Under the pieces are notes generated by a model, which ran no database searches, was not told the origin of the DNA, and saw only the letters and a list, made by a program, of their open reading frames with translations. A program made the position numbers and the translations under genes. From Ranitomeya imitator (taxonomy: Eukaryota): a DNA stretch of 64,000 bases. Every line of letters begins with the position of its first letter. Positions within the stretch are counted from its first letter, which is position 1. The stretch lies in assembly GCF_032444005.1 (NCBI RefSeq), contig NC_091286.1, forward strand, positions 709,094,001-709,158,000. Direction: 5' to 3'. This document shows, piece after piece, positions 1 to 11,700 of the stretch.

Positions 1-3000
1 GGAAGGAAGGTCTGCAGAGAAGATGGAGGAGGAAGCGGACAAAGCAGAGGGCGAGAGGGAGGAAGGTCTGCAGAGAAGATGGAGGAGGAAGCGGACAAAG
101 CATGGGCGAGAGGAAGGAAGGTCTGCAGAGAAGATGGAGGAAGCGGACAGAACAGAGGGCGAGAGGAAGGAAGGTCTGCAGAGAAGATGGAGGAGGAAGC
201 GGACAAAGCAGAGGGCGAGAGGAAGGAAGGTCTGCAGAGAAGATGGAGGAGGAAGCGGACAAAGCAAGGGCGAGAGGGAGGAAGGTCTGCAGAGAAGATG
301 GAGGAGGAAGCGGACAAAGCAGAGGGCGAAAGGAAGGAAGGTCTGCAGAGAAGATGGAGGAGGAAGCGGACAAAGCAGAGGGCGAGAGGGAGGAAGGTCT
401 GCAGAGAAGATGGAGGAGGAAGCGGACAAAGCAGAGGGCGAGGGGAAGGAAGGTCTGCAGAGAAGATGGAGGAGGAAGCGGACAAAGCAGAGGGCGAGAG
501 GGAGGAAGGTCTGCAGAGAAGATGGAGGAGGAAGCGGACAAAGCAAGGGCGAGAGGAAGGAAGATCTGCAGAGAAGATGGAGGAAGCGGACAGAACAGAG
601 GGCGAGAGGAAGGAAGGTCTGCAGAGAAGATGGAGGAGAAAGCGGACAAAGCAGAGGGCGAGAGGAAGGAAGGTCTGCAGAGAAGATGGAGGAGGAAGCG
701 GACAAAGCAAGGGCGAGAGGGAGGAAGGTCTGCAGAGAAGATGGAGGAGGAAGCGGACAGAACAGAGGGCGAGAGGGAGGAAGGTCTGCAGAGAAGATGG
801 AGGAGGAAGCCGACAAAGCAAGGGCGAGAGGGAGGAAGGTCTGCAGAGAAGATGGAGGAGGAAGCGGACAAAGCAGAGGGCGAGAGGAAGGAAGGTCTGC
901 AGAGAAGATGGAGGAGGAAGCGGACAAAGCAAGGGCGAGAGGGAGGAAGGTCTGCAGAGAAGATGGAGGAGGAAGCGGACAAAGCAGAGAGCGAGAGGAA
1001 GGAAGGTCTGCAGAGAAGATGGAGGAGGAAGCGGACAAAGCAGAGGGCGAGAGGGAGGAAGGTCTGGAGAGAAGATGGAGGAGGAAGAGGACAAAGCAGA
1101 GGGCGAGGGGAAGGAAGGTCTGCAGAGAAGATGGAGGAGGAAGCGGACAAAGCAGAGGGCGAGAGGGAGGAAGGTCTGCAGAGAAGATGGAGGAGGAAGC
1201 GGACAAAGCAAGGGCGAGAGGAAGGAAGGTCTGCAGAGAAGATGGAGGAGGAAGCGGACAAAGCAAGGGCGAGAGGGAGGAAGGTCTGCAGAGAAGATGG
1301 AGGAGGAAGCGGACAAAGCAGAGGGCGAGAGGAAGGAAGGTCTGCAGAGAAGATGGAGGAGGAAGCGGACAAAGCAAGGGCGAGAGGGAGGAAGGTCTGC
1401 AGAGAAGATGGAGGAGGAAGCGGACAAAGCAGAGGGCGAGAGGAAGGAAGGTCTGCAGAGAAGATTGAGGAGGAAGCGGACAAAACAGAGGGCGAGAGGG
1501 AGGAAGGTCTGCAGAGAAGATGGAGGAGGAAGCGGACAAAGCAAGGGCGAGAGGGAGGAAGGTCTGCAGAGAAGATGGAGGAGGAAGCGGACAAAGCAGA
1601 GGGCGAGAGGAAGGAAGGTCTGCAGAGAAGATGGAGGAAGCGGACAAAGCAGAGGGCGAGAGGGAGGAAGGTCTGCAGAGAAGATGGAGGAGGAAGCCGA
1701 CAAAGCAAGGGCGAGAGGGAGGAAGGTCTGCAGAGAAGATGGAGGAGGAAGCGGACAAAGCAGAGGTCGAGAGGGAGGAAGGTCTGCAGAGAAGATGGAG
1801 GAGGAAGCGGACAGAACAGAGGGCGAGAGGAAGGAAGGTCTGCAGAGAAGATGGAGGAGGAAGCGGACAAAGCAGAGGGCGAGAGGAAGGAAGGTCTGCA
1901 GAGAAGATGGAGGAGGAAGCGGACAAAGCAAGGGCGAGAGGAAGGAAGGTCTGCAGAGAAGATGGAGGAGGAAGCGGACAGAACAGAGGGCGAGAGGAAG
2001 GAAGGTCTGCAGAGAAGATGGAGGAGGAAGCGGACAAAGCAGAGGGCGAGAGGAAGGAAGGTCTGCAGAGAAGATGGAGGAGGAAGCGGACAAAGCAAGG
2101 GCGAGAGGGAGGAAGGTCTGCAGAGAAGATGGAGGAGGAAGCGGACAAAGCAGAGGGCGAGAGGAAGGAAGGTCTGCAGAGAAGATGGAGGAGGAAGCGG
2201 ACAAAGCAAGGGCGAGAGGGAGGAAGGTCTGCAGAGAAGATGGAGGAGGAAGCGGACAAAGCAAGGGCGAGAGGGAGAAAGGTCTGCAGAGAAGATGGAG
2301 GAGGAAGCGGACAAAGCAAGGGCGAGAGGAAGGAAGGTCTGCAGAGAAGATGGAGAAGGAAGCGGACAAAGCAGAGGGCGAGAGGAAGGAAGGTCTGCAG
2401 AGAAGATGGAGGAGGAAGCGGACAAAGCAGAGGGCGAGAGGAAGGAAGGTCTGCAGAGAAGATGGAGGAGGAAGCGGACAGAACAGAGGGCGAGAGGAAG
2501 GAAGGTCTGCAGAGAAGATGGAGGAGGAAGCGGGCAAAGCAAGGGCGAGAGGGAGGAAGGTCTGCAGAGAAGATGGAGGAGGAAGCGGACAAAGCAAGGG
2601 CGAGAGGAAGGAAGGAAGGTCTGCAGAGAAGATGGAGGAGGAAGCGGACAAAGCAAGGGCGAGAGGAAGGAAGGTCTGCAGAGAAGATGGAGGAGGAAGC
2701 GGACAAAGCAGAGGGCGAGAGGAAGGAAGGTCTGCAGAGAAGATGGAGGAGGAAGCGGACAAAGCAAGGGCGAGAGGGAGGAAGGTCTGCAGAGAAGATG
2801 GAGGAGGAAGCGGACAAAGCAGAGGGCGAGAGGAAGGAAGGTCTGCAGAGAAGATGGAGGAGGAAGCGGACAAAGCAGAGGGCGAGAGGAAGGTTTGCAG
2901 AGAAGATGGAAGAGGAAAGGTCTGCAGAGAAGATGGAGGAGGAAGCGGACAAAGCAGAGAGCGAGAGGAAGGAAGGTCTGCAGAGAAGATGGAGGAGGAA

Positions 3001-3260
3001 TCGGACAAAGCAGAGGGCGAGAGGAGGGAAGGTCTGCAGAGGAGAACAGGTGGTGTGAAAGGAGGCAAGAGCCAGGAGGAGGACGAGAAGAGCCCGGAGG
3101 CTGAACACAGTGTGAGAGGAGGGAAGGTCTGCAGAGAAGATGAAGGAGGAAGCGGACAGAACAGGGGGCGAGGGGAAGGAAGGTCTGCAGAGGAGAACAC
3201 GTGGCATGAAAGGAGGCAAGAGCCAGGAGGAGGAGGTGAAGCAGGAGGGAAGGTCTGCGG
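1..3260 (+). repeat. 55/56-bp purine-rich minisatellite (GGAAGGAAGGTCTGCAGAGAAGATGGAGGAGGAAGCGGACAAAGCAGAGGGCGAGA), truncated by the window edge
   Basis: Direct tandem units, degenerating after about 3040. Confidence 0.97.
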
Positions 3261-3342
3261 AAATGACTGGCAAACAAAATCTGGTGGAAAAGTGTGGAGA
3301 ATGGGGGCAGTAATAAATAGAAGAGTAGATTATCTCTGGAAA

Positions 3343-6300
3343 ATGAGGGCAGTAGTATATAGGGGTGTAGACCGTCTGTGGATGGTGAGGGCAGTAGTAT
3401 ATAGGGGTGTAGACAGTCTGTGGAGGGTGAGGGCAGTAGTATATAGGGGTGTAGACCGTCTGTGGATGGTGAGGGCAGTAGTATATAGGGGTGTAGACCG
3501 TCTGTGGAGGGTGAGGGCAGTAGTATATAGGGGTGTAGACCGTCTGTGGAGGGTGAGGGCAGTAGTATATAGGGGTGTAGACCGTCTGTGGAGGGTGAGG
3601 GCAGTAGTATATAGGGGTGTAGACCGTCTGTGGAGGGTGAGGGCAGTAGTATATAGGGGTGTAGACGTCTGTGGAGGGTGAGGGCAGTAGTATATAGGGG
3701 TATAGACATCGTCTGTGGAGGGTGAGGGCAGTAGTATATAGGGGTGTAGACAGCCTGTGGAGGGTGAGGGCAGTAGTATATAGGGGTGTAGACATCGTCT
3801 GTAGAGGGTGAGGGCAGTAGTATATAGGGGTGTAGACATCGTCTATGGAGGGTGAGGGCAGTAGTATATAGGGGTGTAGACAGTCTGTGGAGGGTGAGGG
3901 CAGTAGTATATAGGGGTGTAGACATCGTCTGTGGAGGGTGAGGGCAGTAGTATATAGGGGTGTAGACCGTCTGTGGAGGGTGAGGGCAGTAGTATATAGG
4001 GGTGTAGACCGTCTGTGGATGGTGAGGGCAGTAGTATATAGGGGTGTAGACCGTCTGTGGATGGTGAGGGCAGTAGTATATAGGGGAGTAGACAGTCTGT
4101 GGATGGTGAGGGCAGTAGTATATAGGGGTGTAGACCGTCTGTGGATGGTGAGGGCAGTAGTATATAGGGGTGTAGACCGTCTGTGGAGGGTGAGGGCAGT
4201 AGTATATAGGGGTGTAGACGTCTGTGGAGGGTGAGGGCAGTAGTATATAGGGGTGTAGACGTCTGTGGAGGGTGAGGGCAGTAGTATATAGGGGTGTAGA
4301 CAGTCTGTGGAGGGTGAGGGCAGTAGTATATAGGGGTGTAGACCGTCTGTGGATGGTGAGGGCAGTAGTATATAGGGGAGTAGACAGTCTGTGGATGGTG
4401 AGGGCAGTAGTATATAGGGGTGTAGACCGTCTGTGGATGGTGAGGGCAGTAGTATATAGGGGTGTAGACAGTCTGTGGAGGGTGAGGGCAGTAGTATATA
4501 GGGGTGTAGACATCGTCTGTGGAGGGTGAGGGCAGTAGTATATAGGGGTATAGACATCGTCTGTGGAGGGTGAGGGCAGTAGTATATAGGGGTGTAGACA
4601 TCGTCTGTGGATGGTGAGGGCAGTAGTATATAGGGGTGTAGACAGTCTGTGGAGGGTGAGGGCAGTAGTATATAGGGGTATAGACATCGTCTGTGGAGGG
4701 TGAGGGCAGTAGTATATAGGGGTATAGACGTCTGTGGATGGTGAGGGCAGTAGTATATAGGGGTATAGACGTCTGTGGAGGGTGAGGGCAGTAGTATATA
4801 GGGGTGTAGACCGTCTGTGGAGGGTGAGGGCAGTAGTATATAGGGGTGTAGACCGTCTGTGGAGGGTGAGGGCAGTAGTATATAGGGGTGTAGACATCGT
4901 CTATGGAGGGTGAGGGCAGTAGTACATAGGGGTGTAGACAGTCTGTGGAGGGTGAGGGCAGTAGTATATAGGGGTGTAGACATCGTCTGTGGAGGGTGAG
5001 GGCAGTAGTATATAGGGGTGCAGACAGTCTGTGGAGGGTGAGGGCAGTAGTATATAGGGGTGCAGACAGTCTGTGGAGGGTGAGGGCAGTAGTATATAGG
5101 GGTGCAGACAGTCTGTGGAGGGTGAGGGCAGTAGTATATAGGGGTGTAGACAGTCTGTGGAGGGTGAGGGCAGTAGTATATAGGGGTGTAGACATCGTCT
5201 GTGGAGGGTGAGGGCAGTAGTATATAGGGGTGTAGACAGTCTGTGGAGGGTGAGGGCAGTAGTATATAGGGGTGCAGACAGTCTGTGGAGGGTGAGGGCA
5301 GTAGTATATAGGGGTGTAGACCGTCTGTGGAGGGTGAGGGCAGTAGTATATAGGGGTGTAGACGTCTGTGGAGGGTGAGGGCAGTAGTATATAGGGGTGT
5401 AGACGTCTGTGGAGGGTGAGGGCAGTAGTATATAGGGGTGTAGACAGTCTGTGGAGGGTGAGGGCAGTAGTATATAGGGGTGTAGACATCGTCTGTGGAT
5501 GGTGAGGGCAGTAGTATATAGGAGTGTAGACATCGTCTGTGGAGGGTGAGGGCAGTAGTATATAGGGGTGTAGACATCGTCTGTGGATGGTGAGGGCAGT
5601 AGTATATAGGGGTGTAGACATCGTCTGTGGATGGTGAGGGCAGTAGTATATAGGGGTGTAGACATCGTCTGTGGATGGTGAGGGCAGTAGTATATAGGGG
5701 TATAGACGTCTGTGGAGGGTGAGGGCAGTAGTATATAGGGGTATAGACATCGTCTGTGGAGGGTGAGGGCAGTAGTATATAGGGGTATAGACATCGTCTG
5801 TGGAGGGTGAGGGCAGTAGTATATAGGGGTGTAGACGTCTGTGGATGGTGAGGGCAGTAGTATATAGGGGTATAGACGTCTGTGGAGGGTGAGGGCAGTA
5901 GTATATAGGGGTGTAGACAGTCTGTGGAGGGTGAGGGCAGTAGTATATAGGGGTGTAGACAGTCTGTGGATGGTGGGGGCAGTAGTATATAGGGGTGCAG
6001 ACAGTCTGTGGATGGTGAGGGCAGTAGTATATAGGGGTGCAGACAGTCTGTGGAGGGTGAGGGCAGTAGTATATAGGGGTGCAGACAGTCTGTGGAGGGT
6101 GAGGGCAGTAGTATATAGGGGTGTAGACGTCTGTGGAGGGTGAGGGCAGTAGTATATAGGGGTGTAGACGTCTGTGGAGGGTGAGGGCAGTAGTATATAG
6201 GGGTGTAGACAGTCTGTGGAGGGTGAGGGCAGTAGTATATAGGGGTGCAGACAGTCTGTGGAGGGTGAGGGCAGTAGTATATAGGGGTGTAGACGTCTGT

Positions 6301-8640
6301 GGATGGTGAGGGCAGTAGTATATAGGGGTGTAGACCGTCTGTGGAGGGTGAGGGCAGTAGTATATAGGGGTGTAGACGTCTGTGGATGGTGAGGGCAGTA
6401 GTATATAGGGGTGTAGACCGTCTGTGGAGGGTGAGGGCAGTAGTATATAGGGGTGTAGACGTCTGTGGAGGGTGAGGGCAGTAGTATATAGGGGTGCAGA
6501 CAGTCTGTGGAGGGTGAGGGCAGTAGTATATAGGGGTGTAGACGTCTGTGGAGGGTGAGGGCAGTAGTATATAGGGGTGTAGACAGTCTGTGGAGGGTGA
6601 GGGCAGTAGTATATAGGGGTGTAGACAGTCTGTGGAGGGTGAGGGCAGTAGTATATAGGGGTGTAGACAGTCTGTGGAGGGTGAGGGCAGTAGTATATAG
6701 GGGTGCAGACAGTCTGTGGAGGGTGAGGGCAGTAGTATATAGGGGTGTAGACATCGTCTGTGGAGGGTGAGGGCAGTAGTATATAGGGGTGTAGACATCG
6801 TCTGTGGATGGTGAGGGCAGTAGTATATAGGGGTGTAGACAGTCTGTGGAGGGTGAGGGCAGTAGTATATAGGGGTGTAGACGTCTGTGGAGGGTGAGGG
6901 CAGTAGTATATAGGGGTGTAGACGTCTGTGGAGGGTGAGGGCAGTAGTATATAGGGGTGTAGACGTCTGTGGAGGGTGAGGGCAGTAGTATATAGGGGTG
7001 TAGACGTCTGTGGAGGGTGAGGGCAGTAGTATATAGGGGTGCAGACAGTCTGTGGAGGGTGAGGGCAGTAGTATATAGGGGTGTAGACATCGTCTGTGGA
7101 GGGTGAGGGCAGTAGTATATAGGGATGCAGACGTCTGTGGAGGGTGAGGGCAGTAGTATATAGGGGTGTAGACATCGTCTGTGGAGGGTGAGGGCAGTAG
7201 TATATAGGGGTGCAGACATCGTCTGTGGAGGGTGAGGGCAGTAGTATATAGGGGTGTAGATGCCTGTGGAGGGTGAGGGCAGTAGTATGTAGGGGTGCAG
7301 ACAGCCTGTGGAGGGTGAGGGCAGTAGTATATAGGGGTGCAGACAGTCTGTGGAGGGTGAGGGCAGTAGTATATAGGGGTATAGACATCGTCTGTGGATG
7401 GTGAGGGCAGTAGTATGTAGGGGTGTACACAGTCTGTGGAGGGTGAGGGCAGTAGTATATAGGGGTGTAGACGTCTGTGGAGGGTGAGGGCAGTAGTATA
7501 TAGGGGTGTAGACAGTCTGTGGAGGGTGAGGGCAGTAGTATATAGGGGTGCAGACAGTCTGTGGAGGGTGAGGGCAGTAGTATATAGGGGTGCAGACAGT
7601 CTGTGGAGGGTGAGGGCAGTAGTATATAGGAGTGTAGACATCGTCTGTGGAGGGTGAGGGCAGTAGTATATAGGAGTGTAGACATCGTCTGTGGATGGTG
7701 GGGGCAGTAGTATATAGGGGTGCAGACAGTCTGTGGAGGGTGAGGGCAGTAGTATATAGGGGTGCAGACAGTCTGTGGAGGGTGAGGGCAGTAGTATATA
7801 GGGGTGTAGACATCGTCTGTGGATGGTGAGGGCAGTAGTATATAGGGGTGTAGACAGTCTGTGGATGGTGAGGGCAGTAGTATATAGGGGTGTAGACAGT
7901 CTGTGGAGGGTGAGGGCAGTAGTATATAGGGGTGTAGACATCGTCTGTGGATGGTGAGGGCAGTAGTATATAGGGGTGTAGACAGTCTGTGGATGGTGAG
8001 GGCAGTAGTATATAGGGGTGCAGACAGTCTGTGGATGGTGGGGGCAGTAGTATATAGGGGTGCAGACAGTCTGTGGATGGTGAGGGCAGTAGTATATAGG
8101 GGTGCAGACAGTCTGTGGAGGGTGAGGGCAGTAGTATATAGGGGTGCAGACAGTCTGTGGAGGGTGAGGGCAGTAGTATATAGGGGTGTAGATGGCTGTG
8201 GAGGGTGAGGGCAGTAGTATATAGGGGTGTAGACGTCTGTGGAGGGTGAGGGCAGTAGTATATAGGGGTGCAGACATCGCTTGTGACGGCGGCTATGGTG
8301 GGGGCAGTAGTATATAGGGGTGCAGACAGTCTGTGGAGGGTGAGGGCAGTAGTATGTAGGGGTGCAGACAGTCTGTGGAGGGTGAGGGCAGTAGTATGTA
8401 GGGGTGCAGACAGTCTGTGGAGGGTGAGGGCAGTAGTATATAGGGGTGTAGATGCCTGTGGAGGGTGAGGGCAGTAGTATATAGGGGTGTAGATGCCTGT
8501 GGAGGGTGAGGGCAGTAGTATATAGGGGTGTAGATGGCTGTGGAGGGTGAGGGCAGTAGTATGTAGGGGTGCAGACAGTCTGTGGAGGGTGAGGGCAGTA
8601 GTATATAGGGGTGCAGACATCGCTTGTGACGGCGCCTATG
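3343..8640 (+). repeat. 41/42/44-bp minisatellite (GAGGGCAGTAGTATATAGGGGTGTAGACAGTCTGTGGAGGGT)
   Basis: About 125 tandem units with interspersed length variants (GACGTC, GACAGTC, GACATCGTC). Confidence 0.97.
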
Positions 8641-8672
8641 ATGGGGGTAGTAGTCGCACTGCACAGTCTTAC

Positions 8673-8726
8673 GTGGGTCTTCGCTCCTTCGTCCACAGAC
8701 TCGATGTTGCACTGCATCTGCACCAC
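8673..8726 (-). CDS. nrbp1: nrbp1 exon [18 protein letters not shown]
   Basis: gtgcag|GTG ... CAC|gtaaga, 54 nt; aligns to human [18 protein letters not shown]. Confidence 0.95.
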
Positions 8727-11700
8727 CTGCACAGCACAGACATAGAGCGTCAGCTCTGAGGATCACGGCAACGACCGCTCTAACGATGAAACCTACAACT
8801 CGCCTTCCGTGTCTCCAACTCAGCCGGTTCGGGAGTTGGGGTCTTCACAGAGGGAGGAACGACAGGGGATTTAACCACTTCCTGCTGAGGCTGCTGAGGT
8901 CGAGGAATTCCAAATGCGGTCAGGGGGTAAATGCCATTTCTACAGGACAGGAAATAAATCTGTGACCCACTACAACTCCCAGCCGACTCTCCCCTGATCT
9001 CCGTCAGCATACATAGCTTTCTCTGGCTGCGACGGACTACGACACCCAGCTGGCCTATAGCTAATATTCTCTTGCATTCCTCCTACCGAAGGTGTGATCC
9101 CAGCTGTGATGGACTACAACACCCAGCTAACCCCCGGATCTTCTCTGAGTGATTAACTGCTCACCTGACATCTTCCAGAAACTTGTCCAGCTCCAGAGCC
9201 GGGGACTGAGAGAACCTGAGGAGCAGAGAGAAGTGACAGCCAGTGGCCGGGAGGATGGAAGCAGGCATGATGGCTGACAATACTCACATCATCTGCACAC
9301 CAACACGGTCACAGTGATTGATCTCCGCCAACACGGCGCTCATATCCCGGTTCTTCGTCATTTCTTCTAAGGCATTTTCAGGTATCATGTCTGTAGGAGG
9401 AGAGGACACTGCAGACCCGAACACCAGGAAAAAGGCCAGGCACAGGGCAAACGAGCAAGCCACAACTCAGAGAGCATGAGGAGGACGAGCGAGCCATGGT
9501 AGAAGGGAGAACAGGGAAGATGAGCGAGCCCCGACCAAGACGGCGAAGGGGAGGGAAGACGAGTGAGCCATGGTAGAAAGGGAAACAGGGAAGACGAGTG
9601 AGCCACGACCAAGACGGCGAAGGGCAGGGAAGACGAGCGAGCCATGGTAGAAGGAGAAACAGGGAAGATGAGCGAGCCCCGACCAAGACGGCGAAGGGGA
9701 GGGAAGACGAGTGAGCCATGGTAGAAGGGAGATCAGGGAAGATGAGTGAGCCACGACTAAGGGGAGGGAAGATGAGCGAGCCATGGTAGAAGGGTAGGGA
9801 AGACGAGTGAGCCACGACTAAGGGCTAAGGGGAGGGAAGACGAGCGAGCCATGGTAGAAGGGGAAACAGGGAAGACGAGTGAGCCACGACTAAGGGGAGG
9901 GAAGACGAGCGAGCCATGGTAGAAGGGGAAACAGGGAAGACGAGTGAGCCACGACTAAGGGGAGGGAAGACGAGCGAGCCATGGTAGAAGGGAGATCAGG
10001 GAAGATGAGCGAGCCACGACTAAGGGTTAAGGGGAGGGAAGACGAGTGAGCCATGGTAGAAGAGAGAACAGGGAAGAGGAGTGAGCCACGACTAAGGGCT
10101 AAGGGGAGGGAAGACGAGCGAGCCATGGTAGAAGGGGAAACAGGGAAGACGAGTGAGCCACTAATAAGGGCTAAGGGGAGGGAAGACGAGCGAGCCATGG
10201 TAGAAGGGAGAACAGAGAAGACGAGTGAGCCACGACTAAGGGGAGGGAAGACGAGCGAGCCATGGTAGAAGGGGAAACAGGGAAGACGAGTGAGCCACTA
10301 ATAAGGGCTAAGGGGAGGGAAGACGAGTGAGCCATGGTAGAAGGGAGAACAGGGAAGACGAGTGAGCCACGACTAAGGGCTAAGGGGAGGGAAGACGAGC
10401 GAGCCATGGTAGAAGGGGAAACAGGGAAGACGAGTGAGCCACGACTAAGGGCTAAGGGGAGGGAAGACGAGCGAGCCATGGTAGAAGGGGAAACAGGGAA
10501 GACGAGTGAGCCACTAATAAGGGCTAAGGGGAGGGAAGACGAGCGAGCCACGGTAGAAGGGGAAACAGGCAAGACGAGTGAGCCATGGTAGAAGGGGGAA
10601 CAAGGAAGACGAGTTAGCCATGGCTCATAGAGAGAAAAGAAAAGCAAGAGACGGCATACAAGGGAGTGAGAGAAGATAAGCGAGCCACGACTAACACAGG
10701 GCGAAGGGGAGGGAAGACGAGCAAGCTACGATTCATATAGGGAGACAGGTGAGAGAAGACGAGCGAGCCACGAATCAGACAGGGCGAAGGGGAGGGAAGA
10801 CAAGTGAACCAAGGTAGAAGGGGAAACAGGGAAGAAGAGTGAGCCACTACTAAGAAAGGGTTACGGGGAGGGAAGACGAGCGAGCCATGGTAGCAGGGAA
10901 ATCAGGGAAGACGAAAGAGCCATGGTAGAAAAGGGAACAGGGAAGACGAGCGAGTCACAACTAAGACTGAGAGGGAGAAAAGACGAGTAAGCTACGACTC
11001 ACAAAGGAGTGAGAGAAGACAAACAAGCCACGACTAAGACAGGGCTAAGGGGAGGAAAGAAGAGCAAGCCATGGTAGTAAAGGGAACAGGAAAGACAAGT
11101 GAGCCACGACTCATAGGCAGAAAAGCAAGAAATGGCTTACAAGGAAGTGAGAGAAGACAAGCCAGCCACGAGTCAGACAGGGTAAAGGGGAAGGTAAAAG
11201 GGGAAACATGGAAGACGGGTGAGCCATGGTGGAAGGTGGAACAGGGAAGACGAGTGAGCCAAGACTAAGAGGGTTAAGGGGAGGGAAAACGAATGTGCCA
11301 TGGTAGAAGGGGAAACAGGAAAGATGAGTGAGCCATGGTAGAAGGTGAAATATGGAAGATGAGTGAGCCATGGTAGAAGGGGGAACAGGGAAGACGAGTG
11401 AACCATGACTAAGACGGCGAAGGGAAGACAAGCGAGCCACGACAAGACAGGGCTAAGGGGAGGCAGGAAGAGCGAGCCATGGTAGAAGTGGAAACTTGGA
11501 AGAAGAGCGAGCCATGGTAGAAGTGGAAACGTGGAAGAGCGAGCCATGGTAGAAGAGGAAAAAGGAAAGACGAGTGAGCCACGACTAAGAAACGGCTAAG
11601 GGGAGGGAAGATGAATGAGCCATGGTAGAAAGGGGAACGGGAAAGACGAGCGAACCATGACTAGTAGGGAAAAAAGAAAAGCAAGAGACGGCTTACAAGG

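Noticed and set aside
3040-3342. Possible location of the missing nrbp1 3' exons
   Set aside because: No LTLLLKLEDK-like reading or splice-flanked ORF is present; the segment is decayed repeat edge, so those exons lie left of the window.
23-8732. Very long ORFs (up to 1629 aa) in several frames
   Set aside because: They are translations of stop-poor 55/56-bp and 42-bp tandem units, open in multiple frames at once. Only 8673-8726 is a real exon.
8790-8800. Alternative GT donors for the 77-nt intron
   Set aside because: They would shift frame or insert non-homologous residues between ETRK and VVQM.
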